From the NCBI GenBank assembly GCA_040755995.1, contig JBFMAF010000031.1, positions 1 through 64,000 on the forward strand: 64,000 nucleotides of DNA, read 5' to 3'. Below are positions 1 through 9,230 of this stretch, piece after piece. The notes under the pieces were generated by a model, which saw nothing but the letters and a program-made list of their open reading frames with translations, was not told the DNA's origin and searched no databases. The translations under genes and the position numbers were made by a program. Position 1 is the stretch's first letter. Each line of letters starts with the position of its first letter. This DNA is from Acidobacteriota bacterium. GTDB lineage: Bacteria > Acidobacteriota > CAIWXX01.

Positions 1-140
1 GTCAAGTTTGCCACGTCGCGTCATTCGCTCTGAATTCCCACGCTAGTCACTCCCAACTCTCGACTGTCGACTCTCGACGCGAGGCGGGGCCAAAGCGGCC
101 TGGCATGGTTCATCGGTCTGAGGCCCCGCCTCGCTAGAGG

Positions 141-413
141 ATGAGCATGGACGAGCCGGCTCCATTCCGCTGCGCGATCTGCAGCGAGGAGGCATCGCTG
201 GAGTATCCGATCCATCGCGAGTCGGAGAGGGCGGAGTATCTTTGCCAGGCCTGCGGGCCAGGTTACAAATCGATTTTGGCTGAAACCCGCCAGTCCGTGC
301 GCCCATCCGACCATCCGCTCGTGGCTTTCGCGGCTGAGGTCGTCGCGATAGTAATTGCCCGCAACCGGTTCGGAAAGACAGGCCGCCTGGACGTCCCATG
401 CGCGTTCGACTGA
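141..413 (+). CDS. small hypothetical protein with two CxxC motifs (possible zinc ribbon)
   Basis: 90-aa ORF with CAIC...CQAC; a purine-rich AGAGG lies just upstream of the ATGs. Confidence 0.45.
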   Translation: MSMDEPAPFRCAICSEEASLEYPIHRESERAEYLCQACGPGYKSILAETRQSVRPSDHPLVAFAAEVVAIVIARNRFGKTGRLDVPCAFD

Positions 414-545
414 TGCTGCCCTGAGGCAGCTGACGGCGCTCCCGTCAAGTACGGTGACGCGCGGCAGCCGGAGCCGCCGGTCGTAGGATCACTCTGGCCG
501 GGGGCCAGCAACGGCGCGAATGGACGGGACCTGCCGCTCCCCCCT

Positions 546-1049
546 TCAATCGACGCGCTCGAGCGTCATGCCGCACTTCGGGCAATCGCCGGGACGATCG
601 GAGGTAATCTCCGGATGCATCGGGCACCGATAGACTGCCTGTTGAGCCGAAGGAGCCGCCGGGCTGACGGCACGATCCGGCGCCGCGGCCTGCGCCGGCG
701 GTTGCAGATCCACCGATGCCGTGTCCTTTGGAGACGGAGCAACGGCGATCATTCCAAGCCGCTCCAGCGCCAGTGCGCGCCATTCGGGCAGCTCGACGAT
801 TCTGGCGATGAGCTCCCGCATGAACGGCGCGTCGGCCACGATGGCATCCATCATTGCTTGCCGGCTGGCCTCCTCCGAAAGCAGCGACCGGATGTCAGCG
901 ACCTGACGAGATGCGGCACCGCTGCTCCCCGACCTGTCATGGTCGTGACCTCCACCTGTGTAAGCGCGATCGCCGCACTGCGCCAAAACACCTCGGGGGA
1001 GTATCGCCATCGCCGTGATTAGCCCCCAAGCAAACCAGACCTTCTTCAT
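546..1049 (-). CDS. exported protein with C-terminal heavy-metal-binding domain (HMBD, CPMHP type)
   Basis: Signal peptide MKKVWFAWGLITAMAILPRGVLA; HDHD segment; C-terminal YRCPMHPEITSDRPGDCPKCGMTL; GAGG RBS. Confidence 0.85.
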   Translation of the reverse strand: MKKVWFAWGLITAMAILPRGVLAQCGDRAYTGGGHDHDRSGSSGAASRQVADIRSLLSEEASRQAMMDAIVADAPFMRELIARIVELPEWRALALERLGMIAVAPSPKDTASVDLQPPAQAAAPDRAVSPAAPSAQQAVYRCPMHPEITSDRPGDCPKCGMTLERVD

Positions 1050-1119
1050 GCGTCTTACCTCCTCAGAGATTCAGGCTCCGCGACCCGCGTGCAATAGGGC
1101 GTCGCCTCACTCACACATC

Positions 1120-1135
1120 TGCGAAAGTCGTGCCA
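1120..1135 (-). promoter_or_regulatory. sigma54 (-24/-12) promoter for the HMBD gene
   Basis: Minus strand TGGCACGACTTTCGCA = GG-N10-GC, about 70 nt upstream of the ATG at 1049. Confidence 0.7.
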
Positions 1136-1688
1136 CGGAGGGGTCGAGATTTGTCTGTGGTTTGGCCAAGGCGCGTTGCTGGAAACCCAGCACAGGGTGC
1201 GTCGCCTCAGGCAGCCTCTACCGCCGGGGTGCCTGAAAACCCAGGAAGGGTGTTCCGGCATGAAGGGTGCAAGCGGGGTAGGGTGGAGGCCGACGCGGGC
1301 CGGTACCCGACCCATTTCGCACCGAACCCCCACCGCGGGCCGCGCCCGCGCGACCTCCGCCAACGTAATCGCGCAGCGTGGAAAGCAATGGAGGAAGGAT
1401 GCCTCGGGTACATCGCGCCCGCAATTGCTCTTGGGAAACGGCGCGGATGAGTTATTGGCAGGGAACCCAGATATGACGATTGGTCCAATGAGCTCCAACT
1501 CCCACGCCTTGCGACAGGGCAGATCCACCACCTCGGTGCCTCGCGAGGATTTGGAGGAGGCTGTCGAAGGACCACCGCGGCGGGGTCGGCCTGCATATGC
1601 CATAAGCTTCGGCGGTGATCAGCCTTCAGTATGGCTTGCCGGCCACGCCCAAGACCGATTCCTGGTGACCTCAGTGCACGCCGCGGTG

Positions 1689-2645
1689 ATGATCGGCATC
1701 GCCATCATGGTCGCTTCCGCGCTTCACTTCTCGTTGCCCGTCGGCGTTCATTCGTGGCACTGGCTTCATCTGCTGGCTCAGAAAATCTACCTGCTCCCGG
1801 TGCTCATGGCCGCAGCCTGGTTTGGGCTCAAAGGGACACTGCTGTGCTCGTGTCTGGTCACTCTGGTTTTCGCGTTTCACATCTTCCGGGACTGGCGCGG
1901 ATACGAGATGGTTCAGGCCGACCAGCTCGCGGATGTCGTGAACCTCTGGATCGTCGCTCTACTATCTTCTATCCTCTTCGGACGAATCCATCAGACCGTC
2001 AAGGCACTGGCACGGGCACGCGACGCGACCCTTGCCGGGTTGGCGGCATCACTGGATCTTCGCGAGCACGGCACGTCGCAGCACTCGCGTCGGGTCCAAG
2101 CGTATGCCCTGATCCTGGCCGAACGTGTTGGTACGTTGGACGAGTCTGGGCGCCGGAGCCTCGCGATCGGCGCTCTACTCCACGACATCGGCAAGATCGG
2201 CGTGCCGGATGCCATCATACTGAAACCGGGTGCGCTCACGGCGGCGGAGCGCCGTGAGATGCGCAGGCACCCCGAGCTCGGCGCGCAGCTCGTCGAGCGC
2301 TTGGATAGCCTTGCTCAGGCGCGGGAAGTGATCCTGTGCCACCATGAGCGGTTTGACGGCACCGGATACCCCCGGGGTCTGGCGGGATCGATGATCCCAC
2401 TCCCGGCCCGGATCTTCGCGGTCGTCGATGCCTTCGATGCGCTTACGAGTGATCGTCCGTATCAGCGCGCCGCATCGTACACGGAAGCCGCCGGCAGAAT
2501 AGCGATGGATTGGGACCGCGCCTTCGATCCCCTGGTTGTGGATGCTTTCTTCAGGGTCCCATTCGAGGAATGGGCACGTGCTGGCCGCGAGTATGGCGTC
2601 GAGTTGGCTGAAGTGGACCTTGGACCGGAATCGCTAAGGCCCTGA
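1689..2645 (+). CDS. membrane-anchored HD-GYP domain protein (putative c-di-GMP phosphodiesterase); start uncertain (ORF open from 1176; ATG 1473 or 1689 plausible)
   Basis: About four N-terminal hydrophobic helices, then HSRRV, LHDIGKIG, HPELG, HHERFDGTGYP and VDAFDALTSDRPY. Confidence 0.85.
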   Translation: MIGIAIMVASALHFSLPVGVHSWHWLHLLAQKIYLLPVLMAAAWFGLKGTLLCSCLVTLVFAFHIFRDWRGYEMVQADQLADVVNLWIVALLSSILFGRIHQTVKALARARDATLAGLAASLDLREHGTSQHSRRVQAYALILAERVGTLDESGRRSLAIGALLHDIGKIGVPDAIILKPGALTAAERREMRRHPELGAQLVERLDSLAQAREVILCHHERFDGTGYPRGLAGSMIPLPARIFAVVDAFDALTSDRPYQRAASYTEAAGRIAMDWDRAFDPLVVDAFFRVPFEEWARAGREYGVELAEVDLGPESLRP

Positions 2646-2670
2646 CCGGGTGACGTCCGATCAGGAGATC

Positions 2671-2686
2671 TCGACAAGAACGTCGA
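2671..2686. promoter_or_regulatory. candidate enhancer (UAS) palindrome for the local sigma54 activator
   Basis: TCGACAAGAACGTCGA; 15/16 identical to the reverse complement of 7295..7310; 77 nt upstream of a -24/-12 promoter. Confidence 0.5.
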
Positions 2687-2747
2687 AACATGACGTGGCG
2701 ATCGCGACACTTCTGTCTCGGCATTGCGCTAAGGCTCAGAAAAACGC

Positions 2748-2763
2748 TGGCATGGCGATTGCA
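2748..2763 (+). promoter_or_regulatory. sigma54 promoter
   Basis: TGGCATGGCGATTGCA (GG-N10-GC) upstream of AAGGAGG and ATG 2809. Confidence 0.8.
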
Positions 2764-2808
2764 ACTCATGAACACGTGATGCAACTGAGACTCACCAAGG
2801 AGGTTATC

Positions 2809-3405
2809 ATGAGAAAGGGCGCACTCACTCTCGCAGCCGTCTTCCTCACCGGCATGACGGCGCTCGCCTATTCGGCAAATCAGCCAAATCCCAAGGGCAT
2901 GACCGGGAAGATCCAGTCGATCTCTCAGCAGTCATTCATGATGAAATCGGCGTCCGGCCACGACGTCAAGATCATGGTCAACAAGGGGACTCGATTTGCA
3001 CCCGACGGCTACGGGATGTCCCGCATGACCGTCGGCCAGAAGGTCTGGGTCACCGGAACCCAAGGCACCAAGGGGACGTATAAGGCGTCCATGGTCACCA
3101 ACGTCGGCGGTTGGGACATGTGGATGACAATGCAAGTCGACTCGGTCGGCTCCAACAGCTTCACGGTCGACATGATGATGGGCGGAGGCATGATGGGCAA
3201 CGGCAACGACATGACCGTGAAAGTGACGAGCAGCACCCAGTGGTCTCCAAGTGGATACAGCCTTTCGAGCATGCAGCCCGGTGACTGGGTGCAGATCTCG
3301 GGGACGATGACCGGATGGTACACGATGGAAGCTGACTCCGTAACGAAGAGCGACGGCTCCGGCGGCGGTTGCGGGGGCGGCGGTGGAGGCATGGGCGGCC
3401 ACTGA
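2809..3405 (+). CDS. exported Met-rich protein with two DUF5666-like OB-fold repeats
   Basis: AAGGAGG RBS, signal peptide, two repeats ending in 'V.V...T.F......L..G..V.V.G'; 22 Met in 198 aa; tail GGGCGGGGGGMGGH. Confidence 0.75.
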   Translation: MRKGALTLAAVFLTGMTALAYSANQPNPKGMTGKIQSISQQSFMMKSASGHDVKIMVNKGTRFAPDGYGMSRMTVGQKVWVTGTQGTKGTYKASMVTNVGGWDMWMTMQVDSVGSNSFTVDMMMGGGMMGNGNDMTVKVTSSTQWSPSGYSLSSMQPGDWVQISGTMTGWYTMEADSVTKSDGSGGGCGGGGGGMGGH

Positions 3406-3420
3406 GGAAGAGATCCGCGG

Positions 3421-3456
3421 AGGGAGATCGCGCTGCACGACGCAGCGCGACTCCCT
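3421..3456 (+). terminator. GC-rich hairpin after the Met-rich gene (terminator or mRNA-stabilising stem)
   Basis: GGGAG(A)TCGCGCTGC-ACGAC-GCAGCGCGACTCCC; only a weak U-tract. Confidence 0.45.
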
Positions 3457-3760
3457 TCATGCTGCGCTGCGTCACGGCCGGCGCACATGCGGCCAGCAAC
3501 GACTGCCTACTGGAGCGGGGCCGGCGCCCCCGGCGGCTTCGAGTTCGACCTCAATCGAATCCGGCATTCTATGTCTCTGAATGCCCGCAGGTGTGCGTCG
3601 GGAGCCTCGCGAATCAGCGTTTGAGATCACGCAGGGGTGATCGATTTCAATCACCCGCGCCCCACGCTCTTCCGTCACCAATTCCTCGATCCTCTTGATA
3701 CGAAACGCCTGCATTTTTTGCCGCGCGGGCGAACGAGGGTCGTGCCGGCGCCGGTGATCG

Positions 3761-3776
3761 TGGCATGAGACTTGCT
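3761..3776 (+). promoter_or_regulatory. sigma54 promoter for the kinase/activator operon
   Basis: TGGCATGAGACTTGCT (GG-N10-GC); it overlaps the ORF-track ATG 3765, so the true start must be downstream. Confidence 0.7.
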
Positions 3777-3860
3777 CCCCAAATCCGTGGGCAGCGGCCT
3801 ATGAGAGCGAAGGTGCGCGATCGACAAAGGACCAGCCTTGGGGCGGAGCAGGGCTCTGGC

Positions 3861-5795
3861 GTGAAACCAGGTGTCGGCACGACCCATGCCCGGCGTTCTC
3901 GCACCTACATGCTGCTCGTTCTGATCATCGCGGGCCTTCTGTACGGCGGCGCAGCCATTGAATTCGTCTGGAGCCGGCGGGATCTTCTGGAATCGCTCGA
4001 GCGCGAGGGATTCCTTGCGAGCGATTGGCTCGCGCGCGCCGGCGAGATCTCCTTGCGCTCCGGAACGTACGAGGCCGCGTCGCTCGATGCCGGCACGCGA
4101 AGTGCTTTGCACTCACTACATCTGGTGCAATCGAACGATCGGTTGCGCGCGGCCGCGGGTCGCCTCGCGTTCGCCGTCGCGCGGCTCAGGAGGCCGGACG
4201 GAACGGCGCTCTTCAAGTCGCCGGCGCCCCACGAGATGTCTCCGGATCTTCTCCGGTTCCTCGGACTGCGCCACGATCTTCTCGAATCGCCCGGCCGCCT
4301 GACCGCTCGCGACATCCCCTTCGTAGAAACGGGCTCCGCGCTGATCATAGAACCGGTCGAGGATGGGACAACCTGGGTGGCGGAAGTCGGGGACGTGCAG
4401 CCGGAGGCGAGGCTGAGCGCTCTCATCCGTCAGACTGACCTGACGGGCGACATTCTCTATTTCGCTCTTCAAGACGCTCACGGCCTAATCGCCGCCACTC
4501 CGAATGTCCGCAAGCTCGATCGTATCGACCAGAGCCCTGTCCTCCAAGCCGTCATCGTGAATCCGCAGCCGGCGGTGCGGCAATATGCCTTCAATGGTAG
4601 AAAAGTGCTGGAAGTAGTTCGTCCGTTCCCGGCGGCCGGGCCGGCGCTGCTCCGTGTCGGCCTTTCGCTCGAGGGATTGGCCCGCATCCAGACGAGTTCT
4701 CTCATGAGGGCGGGTGTGGCCACTGGGATTCTCGTCATCGCCGGCGTGCTCCTATTGGGGCTTCTACTCTCGCAGGAAAGGCTGCAGGCGCTCGACCGGG
4801 CCTACCTCGACGTCGAAACACGATCGCGATCGATTCTCGACAACATGTCCGACGGCCTGCTCGTGACGGATCGCGAAGGCAACGTCGTCCAGGACAACGC
4901 CGTCGCCGCGCGCCTCTTCGGCGTGCCGACGGCCGTTGGAATGCACCTCTCGGAGCTGAGATCGAGGCTCCAAGGAGATGACATCGCCGGCGGAATGACG
5001 GCGCGAGGCCGTGTGGTGCCGGGCGGCGCCGAGGTGGAGGCGACGAGCTCGGCGCTCTCCACCGGCCGGATCATTCTGGTGCGGGACGTGACGGAGCTGC
5101 GGAGTGTGGAACGAGCGCTCGCGCAGGCCGAGAAGCTCACTTTTCTGGGGAGGATGGCTTCCGAGCTGGCTCACGAGATCGGCAATCCACTGAATGCCAT
5201 ATCCATGTCAACGCAGTTGCTGGAACGTGAACGCCCCACCAGCACGCTCCCGGCGACCATCAGGAAGGAAATCGATCGCCTGAACCGGCTTGTCGAGAGC
5301 TTCCTTGGATTCCGCCGGATCGCGGACGAACCGTGGACCGAAATCGATCTGGCCGACATCATGCACGAGGTCGTCGACCTGTTCTCGGCGGAGACGTCGA
5401 CTAAAGGAGTCATTATGACGAGCCGGATCGAATCAGTTTCCTCACGAGTGCGCCGGGACCGCCTGAAGCAGGCAGTCATCAATCTCGTGAAGAACGCCAT
5501 CGAAGCGACCCCCCGAGGCGGGCAGTGCAGCATCTCGCTCGAGTCGAACAACGGGTCGAGCAGCGCGCGAATCGAAGTCGCCGACAGCGGACCTGGCATT
5601 CCCCCGGAGCTCCGCTCGAAGGTCTTCGAGCCGTTCGTGACGCTGAAGCCGGGCGGGAGCGGGATCGGTCTGAGCGTCGCCGCGCTCGTAGCCAGGGAAC
5701 ACGGAGGCGAGATCGAGGTCCGCGAAAGCGGCCTCGGCGGTGCGCTCTTTTTTCTGTCGCTGCCCGCCGCGGCGCCCCGGAGGAGTCCGAAATGA
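3861..5795 (+). CDS. membrane sensor histidine kinase with PAS domain (ZraS/NtrB-like); start uncertain (3801, 3861 or 3909)
   Basis: Two TM helices, periplasmic domain, PAS (ILDNMSDGLLVTD), H-box LAHEIGNPLNAI, N-box NLVKNA, DSGPGI, FEPF, GSGIGL. Confidence 0.9.
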   Translation: MKPGVGTTHARRSRTYMLLVLIIAGLLYGGAAIEFVWSRRDLLESLEREGFLASDWLARAGEISLRSGTYEAASLDAGTRSALHSLHLVQSNDRLRAAAGRLAFAVARLRRPDGTALFKSPAPHEMSPDLLRFLGLRHDLLESPGRLTARDIPFVETGSALIIEPVEDGTTWVAEVGDVQPEARLSALIRQTDLTGDILYFALQDAHGLIAATPNVRKLDRIDQSPVLQAVIVNPQPAVRQYAFNGRKVLEVVRPFPAAGPALLRVGLSLEGLARIQTSSLMRAGVATGILVIAGVLLLGLLLSQERLQALDRAYLDVETRSRSILDNMSDGLLVTDREGNVVQDNAVAARLFGVPTAVGMHLSELRSRLQGDDIAGGMTARGRVVPGGAEVEATSSALSTGRIILVRDVTELRSVERALAQAEKLTFLGRMASELAHEIGNPLNAISMSTQLLERERPTSTLPATIRKEIDRLNRLVESFLGFRRIADEPWTEIDLADIMHEVVDLFSAETSTKGVIMTSRIESVSSRVRRDRLKQAVINLVKNAIEATPRGGQCSISLESNNGSSSARIEVADSGPGIPPELRSKVFEPFVTLKPGGSGIGLSVAALVAREHGGEIEVRESGLGGALFFLSLPAAAPRRSPK

Positions 5796-7129
5796 TCGGG
5801 CGTCTGCTCCTTGTCGAAGACGGAGAGAGCCAGCGGCAGCTGCTGGAGCGATTCCTGACTTCGCTCGGCTACGACGTTCAGTGCCAGACAACCGCTGCGG
5901 ACGCCATCAGCTCACTCCGCACTCGGCCGTTCGACCTGGTGTTGACCGACCTGAGACTGGGCGAGGCGAGCGGAGTCGAGATCGTGGAGGAGGCCAGGAG
6001 ACTCGATCCGCAGATCCCGGTGATCATCATGACGGCTTTCGGGACTGTCTCCTCGGCGGTGGAAGCGGTCAAGATAGGCGCATATGACTTCCTAGAGAAG
6101 CCTCTTGACCTGACGCGACTCGATCTGACCATCGCGCGAGCCCTCGAGCGCCGGGAGCTCGCGCGCGAGATCCGAGAGCTGCGCCAGGACACAGTGTCCT
6201 TCAACGGCATAGTTTCCGAGAGCGAGAACATGAAAGAGGTGCTTAGCGTCGTCTCGCGCGCGGCGCGAACGGACGTGAGTGTCTTGCTGCGCGGCGAAAG
6301 CGGAACGGGCAAGGAGGTCATCGCGAGGGCGATTCATGCGAACAGCCGGCGGCGAGAAGCCGCGTTCGTTGCCGTGGCCCTGCCCGCGCTGGCCGAAGGC
6401 GTGCTGGAATCCGAGCTCTTCGGCCACGAAAAAGGAGCCTTCACCGGCGCCGAAAGGCGCCGCACCGGCCGATTCGAACAGGCCCAGGGAGGAACGCTGT
6501 TCCTCGACGAAATCGGTGACATCCCCATCTCGCTGCAGGTGAAGCTTCTGCGCGTGCTACAAGAGAGGACCTTCGAGCGAGTCGGTTCAAACGAAGCCAT
6601 CTCGTGCGACCTGCGCATCGTGGCGGCAACGAATCGCAACCTCGAAAAGGCCGTCGAGGACGGGCACTTCCGGGAGGATCTCTACTACCGCCTGAACGTA
6701 CTCCCGATTCACATTCCGCCGCTCAGGCAGCGCATCCCGGACGTCCTGCCTCTGGCCGAGGTCTTTCTGGCCAGGTACGCCGCAGAGTACTCCCGGCCCG
6801 TGCGCGGGTTCTCCGTCGAGGCGAAGGATCTCCTGCTGCGGTACCACTACTCCGGCAACGTGCGCGAGCTGCAGAATATCGTAGAACGGGCCGTAGTGCT
6901 CTCGCGGAGCGACCTGATTTCCCCTGGCGACTGCGCCCCATCGCTCAAGGGAAAACCGGCCGAGCCGCCTCCTCCGGCCACACTCCCCCATGCCGTCGCC
7001 GACCTGGAACAGATTATGATCGCGCGCGCGCTGGCCCGCCACGACGGGAATCAAACGAAGGCCGCGCGATACCTCGGCATCAGCGAGCGCGTCCTGAGAT
7101 ACAAGCTCAGAAAGGGCCGGGACAGATGA
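5792..7129 (+). CDS. sigma54-dependent response regulator (NtrC/AtoC/ZraR family)
   Basis: Receiver (LVED...DLRL), AAA+ GESGTGKE, GAFTGA, LFLDEIG, FREDLYYRLNV and Fis HTH; ATGA overlap with the kinase. Confidence 0.95.
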   Translation: MIGRLLLVEDGESQRQLLERFLTSLGYDVQCQTTAADAISSLRTRPFDLVLTDLRLGEASGVEIVEEARRLDPQIPVIIMTAFGTVSSAVEAVKIGAYDFLEKPLDLTRLDLTIARALERRELAREIRELRQDTVSFNGIVSESENMKEVLSVVSRAARTDVSVLLRGESGTGKEVIARAIHANSRRREAAFVAVALPALAEGVLESELFGHEKGAFTGAERRRTGRFEQAQGGTLFLDEIGDIPISLQVKLLRVLQERTFERVGSNEAISCDLRIVAATNRNLEKAVEDGHFREDLYYRLNVLPIHIPPLRQRIPDVLPLAEVFLARYAAEYSRPVRGFSVEAKDLLLRYHYSGNVRELQNIVERAVVLSRSDLISPGDCAPSLKGKPAEPPPPATLPHAVADLEQIMIARALARHDGNQTKAARYLGISERVLRYKLRKGRDR

Positions 7130-7294
7130 ATGGCCCGCGTCTCAAGGCGAAGGACATGTGGCAGTTGAAGCACTTCTGTACAAGAGCGCGTCGCTCACCT
7201 GAATCCGTACCCGTACCCGATCGCCTGCGGGCCAGGGGCACCGGCTCGGTTTCGGCGGAGGGGGCCATCCTTCATCGGTGCGACCGCCTCCAGC

Positions 7295-7310
7295 TCGACG
7301 ATCTTGTCGA
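7295..7310. promoter_or_regulatory. second copy of the candidate UAS palindrome
   Basis: TCGACGATCTTGTCGA, 88 nt upstream of the promoter at 7383. Confidence 0.5.
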
Positions 7311-7382
7311 ATCCAGCGGCCGATTTCATTTCCTCTTGGAGCAACTATGTCGAAGGATGACGGAGAATCTGGGACTTGCTCC

Positions 7383-7398
7383 TGGCATCCCGATTGCA
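7383..7398 (+). promoter_or_regulatory. sigma54 promoter
   Basis: TGGCATCCCGATTGCA (GG-N10-GC). Confidence 0.75.
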
Positions 7399-7410
7399 AT
7401 GAACCGTTTC

Positions 7411-8655
7411 ATGAACAGTCTGTTTGTGGCGAGTCGAACGCGACACCTCGGACGACTCCCACATGCCTTCCTATCGTTCGCGGTGCTCGCCGGAGTGCTC
7501 ATCCCACCCCCAACCGGGCACTCCGGCGAGACCTTATACGCCTCGGCGGCCCTGAATGCGTCGATCGAAGACAACGTCTATCGATCGAGCACCGGCCGGG
7601 AGGCGAACGCCGCGCAGCTCTTCGCAGAGGCCGGCCGCAGGTTCGCCTTCCACGGTTCGAGCGAGGCGGTGATATTCTACAACGGTAGTACCTACTACTT
7701 CCCGTCGATTTCGTCTCTGAACCTGGCTGTGCACGGAGCCGGCATCACGATTTCGTCGCCACTGGGCAGCTCGATGGAGATTGCGGGAACGGTGCGAGGG
7801 GACTTTCGCAGAGGGAGCGGGGATTACAGCGATCTGAACTTCAACCAGCTCGACCTGAGCACGGAGTGGACGCGCATGTCGACATGGGGCTCGTTCGGGG
7901 CGGCCTTCGAGGTACGCATGCGCGGCTACGCCGTGACCGGGCCCGGCTACACAGCCTACGAACCGGCGGTTTTCGTCGCCGGCCGTCTCGGGCGCGCGCA
8001 GTGGCGCATCGATGCCGGCTTCGGGCACAAGAGTCTTGACCCGTCGGTCGTCAGCACGCAGGTGACGGATGGAGGCGGCATGATGGGCGGCGGGGGAATG
8101 CACGGAATTGGTGGAATGGGGGACATGACAATCCAGATCCAGACCGTGCCGCAGGCGTCGGTGGAACGAGGGTCGATCGCACTCACCGTCTCGCGTCCTC
8201 TGGGTCCACAGATGGGCATGCGGCTCGGAGCGACATACGGCCGGGTGCTGAGCGGCGTGTCGCCGTATTTCCCGGGGCTGGACATCCTGCAAAACGGCTA
8301 CGCCATCGAGCGCTTCGACGACGCCTACAGCTTCCAGGGCTGGTCCGGCGAAGCCCGATTGACACGACTCCTCCCCCTTCATTCACAGCTGGTCCTCATT
8401 GCGATCTATCGGAGCCTGGACTATCCGGGCCGGCCAGCCATGGACAAGACCGGAAAGCCTCTGGATCCGTTCCTCGAGCGCGCCGACAGGGAGGGTATCG
8501 CGCAACTGAAACTAGCAAAGGCGCTGGCGGCGAGAGGCCCGTTCGAGCGCCTGGCGGTGACGGCGTCTTTCACCTACTACCGGAACTCATCCAACGATCA
8601 ATACTACCGGGCCACGGACAGGATGTGGCTTCTCGGCTTCGAATTCCGGCTATGA
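7411..8655 (+). CDS. putative outer-membrane beta-barrel protein with Met/Gly-rich loop
   Basis: N-terminal hydrophobic signal, alternating amphipathic strands, C-terminal WLLGFEFRL, internal GGGMMGGGGMHGIGGMGDM. Confidence 0.7.
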   Translation: MNSLFVASRTRHLGRLPHAFLSFAVLAGVLIPPPTGHSGETLYASAALNASIEDNVYRSSTGREANAAQLFAEAGRRFAFHGSSEAVIFYNGSTYYFPSISSLNLAVHGAGITISSPLGSSMEIAGTVRGDFRRGSGDYSDLNFNQLDLSTEWTRMSTWGSFGAAFEVRMRGYAVTGPGYTAYEPAVFVAGRLGRAQWRIDAGFGHKSLDPSVVSTQVTDGGGMMGGGGMHGIGGMGDMTIQIQTVPQASVERGSIALTVSRPLGPQMGMRLGATYGRVLSGVSPYFPGLDILQNGYAIERFDDAYSFQGWSGEARLTRLLPLHSQLVLIAIYRSLDYPGRPAMDKTGKPLDPFLERADREGIAQLKLAKALAARGPFERLAVTASFTYYRNSSNDQYYRATDRMWLLGFEFRL

Positions 8656-9230
8656 AGACAGCTGCATTCCTCTTCGCACTCTGGGCCGTCTTGTCGATCG
8701 AGGTGGGCGCCGGGGAGTCTGCGGAAGAATGGCCCAGGCCGGGGTGGGCCGACGCGAACGGCGACGGAATCAACGACAACTTTCACGACGCGACCGGAGG
8801 CGGCGTCGACGATGTCACGGGCAAGCCCTATCCACACACATTCAAGTTCGCGGACAAGAACAACGACCGCAGAAACGATCTTTTCATCGATGCCGACGGC
8901 GATGGCGTAAACGACCTCGCCGGCACCAGACCAGGACTGGTCCTCGTTCTGGATCATCTCCGTCGTGGCATCAACGACGTGACTGGCGCGAAATACACAC
9001 AGTGGCGAGTCTACGGAGATTCTTTCGGGAACGTCAAGGAAGACACAGCGCTCGCGCGCTCGTTCATAGATCGCGATATGGATGGCGTGAACGACATCTT
9101 CGTAGACCGTGACGGAGACGGCATCTGCGACGGCAGGGCTGTGCCGAGAGCAGGCGCTGTTCCGATGGGAATGGGTGGTGCACCGAACGACCCATCCTGC
9201 GCACCCAAAGACGATGGCCAACATCGCTGA
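8652..9230 (+). CDS. exported protein with repeated Dx[DN]xDG (Ca-binding-type) motifs
   Basis: Signal peptide; DANGDGIND, DADGDGVND, DRDMDGVND, DRDGDGICD; ATGA overlap with the upstream gene. Confidence 0.75.
   Translation: MKTAAFLFALWAVLSIEVGAGESAEEWPRPGWADANGDGINDNFHDATGGGVDDVTGKPYPHTFKFADKNNDRRNDLFIDADGDGVNDLAGTRPGLVLVLDHLRRGINDVTGAKYTQWRVYGDSFGNVKEDTALARSFIDRDMDGVNDIFVDRDGDGICDGRAVPRAGAVPMGMGGAPNDPSCAPKDDGQHR

Noticed and set aside
101..116. TGGCATGGTTCATCGG as a sigma54 promoter for ORF 141
   Set aside because: The -12 element is CG, not the required GC
6604..7410. N-terminal 269 aa of the 683-aa ORF
   Set aside because: Overlaps the response regulator in another frame and spans an intergenic region with promoter and UAS; the real gene starts near 7411
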